From Chloroflexota bacterium (GTDB taxonomy: Bacteria; Chloroflexota; Chloroflexia; JAMCWQ01), in assembly GCA_023480825.1 (NCBI GenBank), contig JAMCWQ010000077.1, positions 1 to 47,088 of the forward strand: a stretch of DNA of 47,088 nucleotides. Reading direction: 5' to 3'. This document shows positions 42,881 through 47,088 of this stretch, one piece after another (positions within the stretch are counted from its first letter, which is position 1; every line of letters begins with the position of its first letter). The position numbers and the translations under genes are program-made. Below the pieces are notes generated by a model. The model searched no databases, had not been told where the DNA came from, and saw nothing but the letters and a program-made list of their open reading frames with translations.

Positions 42881-43180
42881 CTAAGCTCTCAGTTTTGCCC
42901 TCTTCGTCCGGCGCAGAACCTCATGCGTTCCACCATCGTCTATTGGGATTCCCTTTGCCACCGAGATATGCTTGTCTAGAACGTTTCCCGATAATATGTA
43001 AGTCACCTCTCCCGCGTCTACGCTATAAACATTGCAGCTCGCGTCATCCTCGTAGATTATGACCAAGCCCTCATCGGCATTGTCCACTCCGAGGTCCACT
43101 CTAACAACTCCATCGACGTACACCGACTTAGAGCTCTCATCCGGCTCCGGCGATCCCACTCGTGCTCCTACTTTTGTCAT
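42881..43180 (-). CDS. Hypothetical protein
   Basis: 99-aa ORF with GAGGT SD; followed by a GCGCCGCT/AGCGGCGC hairpin with a T tail. Confidence 0.6.
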   Translation of the reverse strand: MTKVGARVGSPEPDESSKSVYVDGVVRVDLGVDNADEGLVIIYEDDASCNVYSVDAGEVTYILSGNVLDKHISVAKGIPIDDGGTHEVLRRTKRAKLRA

Positions 43181-43272
43181 GTGCCTTACCTCATTCTTTC
43201 ACAGTCAAATTCGAACGCTGCCAAACTCACTCGCCCAGCTCGTGAAGACCGGTCCCGTCACCAGTAGAGATG

Positions 43273-43339
43273 CCCCCTTCCCCCAGTATTAGGGGGAAGA
43301 GCCGGTCCTGAGCGCAGCGAAGGAGCCGGGGTTAGGGGG
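43273..43339. repeat. Nested small palindromic repeat
   Basis: CTTCCCCC-AGTATTA-GGGGGAAG hairpin, then GAGCCGG[TCCTGAGCGCAGCGAAG]GAGCCGG, then GGTTAGGGGG. Confidence 0.6.
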
Positions 43340-43369
43340 CGGGATCAAGGAAGGAGCTGGAGTCAGCGC

Positions 43370-44413
43370 CTATACCTGCTCCCCTCCTGCCGGCCGGCTG
43401 AACCGGGACCGGGAGCGAACGGACGATCGTGCGAGCCGGGTACCGGTGTTGTTGCCCGTCCCTGTGCCGTGCGTCCGGAAAATGGCCGCGTGCACTACGA
43501 CATCCATATAGACTAGCGCTGCTCCGGTGGCGCCTGTTCCCTCGAATCTGACGTCGTGACCCAAGGCGAGCGAGGGGAAGACTTCGCAATTGGCATCCCG
43601 TACCCTTTCCAGCAGCCTCACCGCCCGTTCGCGTCCCACGGGACCGCCTTTCTCGCCGTCGATAGCATCGAGGGAATAGCTGCGGATGAGCTTTGGCCAC
43701 AGTATGGCCGCCGTGCGCTCCTGGTCGAACAGGTCTGCGCCCGCAATATGGCCGTTCATGGCCACAATGAGCCCGGCGGCTCCCGCTACAGGGGCCAATG
43801 CCGCCTCGTAATCTTCTAGGGTTTCCCTCCGGGACCGGTAGATATCGTTCATGGCTCCGGTGCTGGACGAAACGTGCATTTCCTCCTGCTTGACGGCAAG
43901 ACTCTCCCAGATCGCCGCTTGATTAGCTGAGTGCCGTCCGGTGTTACGCAGCCCCATTCGCACCTGGGCGTCCTTCTCTCGCCTGATATCGAAATCAAGG
44001 CCTTCGCCGACTGCGAAGACATCAGATGTTTCGTGCCAACGGCCGGCTTCCACACAGGACACCGGAATGACGACTTTGTCGCCGGTGCCGACCAGGAAGC
44101 TGGCATTGACTATCCGGTTCTGCTTGCCACCGGTGATCTCCTCGCCGTCCAGCACGAGCACCATCACGTCGCCCCTATTGTGCAACACCAGTTCAGGCAC
44201 GGTGCCGCCTCCCCGCTCCCGCACGGTTACGCTTCCTTCCAGGATGGCTTCACCGAGAGTGCGGTACTCGAGCCTCGGCAGGGGATGTCCTATGCCCCTA
44301 AGGAACAGGGGGAAGACAACCATGTTCCCGTGCTCGATTCCCTCCCCGACATCCAGGGTTCTGAGCCTCTCCAAGACAGTCTGACATAGCGTTAAGTTTT
44401 CTCCGGTCTCCAT
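43370..44413 (-). CDS. ARPP-1 / DUF6569 family protein
   Basis: NMVVFPL, TVPELVLHN, DGEEITGGKQNRIVN, PVSCVEAGRW, QAAIWE and DLFD...LWPKLIRSY motifs; ATG after AAGGAG. Confidence 0.82.
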   Translation of the reverse strand: METGENLTLCQTVLERLRTLDVGEGIEHGNMVVFPLFLRGIGHPLPRLEYRTLGEAILEGSVTVRERGGGTVPELVLHNRGDVMVLVLDGEEITGGKQNRIVNASFLVGTGDKVVIPVSCVEAGRWHETSDVFAVGEGLDFDIRREKDAQVRMGLRNTGRHSANQAAIWESLAVKQEEMHVSSSTGAMNDIYRSRRETLEDYEAALAPVAGAAGLIVAMNGHIAGADLFDQERTAAILWPKLIRSYSLDAIDGEKGGPVGRERAVRLLERVRDANCEVFPSLALGHDVRFEGTGATGAALVYMDVVVHAAIFRTHGTGTGNNTGTRLARSSVRSRSRFSRPAGGEQV

Positions 44414-44794
44414 TCTTTCGTTCTCCTTTGTGGACCAAGCCAACTTCCGTTTTTCTCTGGGCTTGCTTCCAGCCATGTATTCTTCGCACCGGTCAGAAAA
44501 ACTTCTCTCCATCTATTAATACGAACCTTGGCAGGAAAACCCTTGGTAGCTTTCCCGTGCACATTGAACCAAGTGAATTGCTTCGGCAATTCGTATACAT
44601 ATGCGGGGGGATTCGAAGATTTGGTTAGCCGGATACCTTATGATGCGAGCAGACCGGCGCACAGGTGTATAATGGAAGAGGCAGTGAGAGCCCGGCCGGA
44701 ACTCTCGCGGTGGCATCTTGTGCAGGGATCCGGGGTTCTACTGGAGATACAGGTCACGATAGCATACCCGCATGAGGGGGTGACCGCCCATCAG

Positions 44795-45376
44795 ATGAAC
44801 AGTGGTGTCACCTACTCCGAGCTTTCAGCCCTGCGAACATACGGCGTCCTCTCGGATGCTCAGCTACTGCTGCTCTACAAGAACGGTGAGGCTGAGGCCA
44901 TCGGAGCGCTCTACGCGCGGCACGCCGGGCCGCTCTACCGGTTCGCTATCCGCAAAGGACTAACCCACTCCGACAGCGACGACTTCGTTCAGGAAGTCTT
45001 CGTCAAAATCATCAACTGCATCCAGGGATTCGACGCCGGAAACGCCAATAGCGAACACTGGATTCACACCGTCAAATACTCGGTGCTCTACGACTTCTGG
45101 CGGAAGCGCGGCAGGACGGACGGGAAGAACCAACAGATTCCAGAGGATGACGAGATTCCGGACGAACATAACGATCCGGAGGATGAGATCTTGGAGCAGG
45201 AGATACACGAGGCCTATAGGCGCGCTTTCCGCTCGATTCCCAAGGAAGACCAACTTGAGATTCTCCGCGGACCGGGGCGGGGTCCGGGCCGCAAGACCTG
45301 GCATGCCGCCATGGCAAGGCTCAAAGAGAGCTTTCTCGAATACTACAATGGAGTGAGGCCTGTAAGTGTCCACTAG
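44795..45376 (+). CDS. ECF-like RNA polymerase sigma factor with a degenerate sigma4 region
   Basis: SDAQLL...GEAEAIGALYARH...DDFVQEVF...W...DFWRK matches ECF sigma2; ATG after GAGGGGGTGA. Confidence 0.8.
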   Translation: MNSGVTYSELSALRTYGVLSDAQLLLLYKNGEAEAIGALYARHAGPLYRFAIRKGLTHSDSDDFVQEVFVKIINCIQGFDAGNANSEHWIHTVKYSVLYDFWRKRGRTDGKNQQIPEDDEIPDEHNDPEDEILEQEIHEAYRRAFRSIPKEDQLEILRGPGRGPGRKTWHAAMARLKESFLEYYNGVRPVSVH

Positions 45377-45956
45377 ATCGCCACACCAGCCGGACTACGA
45401 AAAGCGCAGCCTGGACCTCATCAACAAGATGAGGCGGTCGGCCGAGGCTGCCACGGAGCAACTCGGGCTACCCTCGGAGGCCAAGTACGACTTACTGGAT
45501 TCCATGTACGCTTCCCCTGCTAATCTCTCACTTGTCCCCGCTCTAGAGCGGGGCGCAGAGACCAATCCTCGCCTATACGAGGTAATCATGGGCTTTCTCG
45601 CCAGCTATATGCAGAACCGGATAAAGGACTTCCAGTCTCTCTGGCAAGACCTGCGGCGGGCGGAAGGGCTGGCATTGGCACCGATGCTCGCTCTAGAGGA
45701 CGTGCATTACTGCATTGCCGCCCCGCCAGACATGGAAGAACAACCACGTCTGGCCATGCCGAGGCTCTCCACCCGCCGCCGGTCGGAGCTCCTCGGCATT
45801 GTAGACGTGATGACGTGGTGGCTTGAACAGGAAGCTGAGACGGGGAAGCCGGTTGAGGAGAAAGCCATCGTCGATTATGCTACGCAGCAAGGCTGTTCGC
45901 CCAAGCTAGCCCGCTCAATGGCTGAGTACCTGGCGAAACTGAAGACAGGCGGCTAG
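45366..45956 (+). CDS. Hypothetical protein overlapping the sigma factor stop (anti-sigma/co-factor position)
   Basis: 196-aa ORF with GTG start after GGAGTGAGG, 11-nt overlap with the sigma gene and no TM helix. Confidence 0.75.
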   Translation: MSTRSPHQPDYEKRSLDLINKMRRSAEAATEQLGLPSEAKYDLLDSMYASPANLSLVPALERGAETNPRLYEVIMGFLASYMQNRIKDFQSLWQDLRRAEGLALAPMLALEDVHYCIAAPPDMEEQPRLAMPRLSTRRRSELLGIVDVMTWWLEQEAETGKPVEEKAIVDYATQQGCSPKLARSMAEYLAKLKTGG

Positions 45957-46112
45957 CGCGCGGAAGACCAACCACTAACCCTCTTCTTGGCCAGCGGTCA
46001 TTTACGAATTGATGGCGGTTAAGGTAGGTTGGGCCCCATACTGGGATGGTGGTACAGCCAAGAACAGCTTGGCATTAACACTAGTTAGAGGTGCAGAAGA
46101 GGAAGGCGAGAA

Positions 46113-47088
46113 ATGGCCACGACCGGTGACGGACCAGAGGAGGTCGATGACCTCGGGCTGGACCAGAAGGCGCTCGAGGCCCTCATTGTAGATAACCCGG
46201 ATCTGGAACGGCTGGAGGCTCTTCTCGGCCAGTTCAACATATTTGAAGCCATCGGGGCGGTGCGGCAGGAAGTTCGCCACTCCAATTTCCTCTCGTTTCT
46301 GCTGAACCCTCGTGAGACGCACGGACTGGGCGATGAGTTTGCTAAGCGGTTCCTTCAGAGGGTGCTTCTAACGAGCCCACAGCCGGAAATGCCCTTGAGA
46401 CCCATAGACCTCGACCTATGGTCCCTTGACGGACTAGTTATTCAGCGGGAGTGGGAAAACGTCGACATTCTCCTGCTTGATGAGTCCCATAAGTTGGCCG
46501 CGATTATCGAGAATAAGATCGACAGCACCGAGCGCCCAGGCCAGTTACACAGGTATTGGAACAGCACTAGCCAGCATTACCCCGGCTGGAGTATTGTAGG
46601 TCTCTACCTCACACCTAGTGGTGACGCCCCCGAGTGTGACATGTATTTGGCAGTTGGCTATAGCGTCGTGTGTGCCACACTAGAAAACCTGGTTGGCAGC
46701 CGGGCAGCATCGATGGGGCCTGATGTGCTCACGATGCTCCGGCACTATACCCAGATGCTCAGGAGGCATATCGTGGGAGAGTCTGAGATAGACTTGTTAT
46801 GCCGACAAATCTACCGAAAGCACCAACGAGCGCTGGACATAGTCTTCGAGCGCCGCCCTGATAGGCAGTCCGAGGTGCGGGTGATGGTAGAGGAGCTTAT
46901 CAGGGCAACACCCGGGCTGGTTCTCGACAGGACGTCGAAGACCTATATCGACTTCGGCGTCAGTGCCTGGGATGTCCCAGCCCTACTGGTAGGGAAGGGC
47001 TATACGATTTCTGGGCGGATACTGACATTCGAGTTCGCTAACAACGTGGACAACTTGAAGCTTCGTCTCGTCATTGGCCCTGGGCCGA
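46113..47088 (+). CDS. PD-(D/E)XK nuclease family protein (PDDEXK_4-like), partial (runs off window end)
   Basis: Manual translation: FNIFEAIG...QEVRHSNFLSFLLNPRETHGLG...REWENVDILL...IIENKIDS...GQLHRY...LYLTP. Open to the edge, so absent from the ORF track. Confidence 0.88.
   Translation, partial: MATTGDGPEEVDDLGLDQKALEALIVDNPDLERLEALLGQFNIFEAIGAVRQEVRHSNFLSFLLNPRETHGLGDEFAKRFLQRVLLTSPQPEMPLRPIDLDLWSLDGLVIQREWENVDILLLDESHKLAAIIENKIDSTERPGQLHRYWNSTSQHYPGWSIVGLYLTPSGDAPECDMYLAVGYSVVCATLENLVGSRAASMGPDVLTMLRHYTQMLRRHIVGESEIDLLCRQIYRKHQRALDIVFERRPDRQSEVRVMVEELIRATPGLVLDRTSKTYIDFGVSAWDVPALLVGKGYTISGRILTFEFANNVDNLKLRLVIGPGP

Noticed and set aside
44528-44794. 89-aa N-terminal extension of the sigma factor given in the ORF track
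   Set aside because: There is no SD at the TTG. A TATAAT and a strong SD lie inside it, which favours the ATG at 44795.
44795-45956. Sigma plus partner as an RNA-guided dCas12f/TnpB-sigmaE system
   Set aside because: The partner is only 196 aa with no RuvC or zinc-finger motifs, and no guide-RNA-like repeat is visible.
46002-46322. Minus-strand ORFs 46002..46322 and 46085..46285, and plus-strand ORF 46009..46191
   Set aside because: They overlap the PD-(D/E)XK nuclease gene that starts at 46113.

Overview
This 47-kb bacterial window is most likely from a Chloroflexota genome. That is an inference from protein family make-up: an XPB-associated helicase-domain protein and a secreted protein with a Chloroflexi-type surface domain. 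Bases 1-37.8 kb are mostly core genome: a partial FAD oxidoreductase, a K+-independent H+-pyrophosphatase (hppA), secF/secD split by a small gene, gltX, recA-recX, an MBL hydrolase, pyrG, a complete H+-type F1Fo operon (atpIBEFHAGDC), murA-mreB-HD-rodA (rodA is frameshifted), gatCA, a divIC-like gene, two CAU tRNAs, tilS-hpt-ftsH, small genes, a CCA-adding enzyme and tRNA-Gly(CCC). After tRNA-Gly (37.9-47.1 kb) lies an accessory-looking region. It holds a RelE-type toxin-antitoxin pair, an orphan Mo-hydroxylase large subunit, a secreted protein ending in an Ada-type Zn finger, and small palindromic repeats. The most unusual part is an ARPP-1/DUF6569 gene divergent from an ECF-like sigma factor whose sigma4 helix-turn-helix appears deleted. 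That sigma is coupled to an unknown protein with a possible C-terminal winged helix and is followed by a PD-(D/E)XK nuclease. No CRISPR array, rRNA, integrase or transposase was seen. All family calls come from reading motifs by eye; no searches were run.
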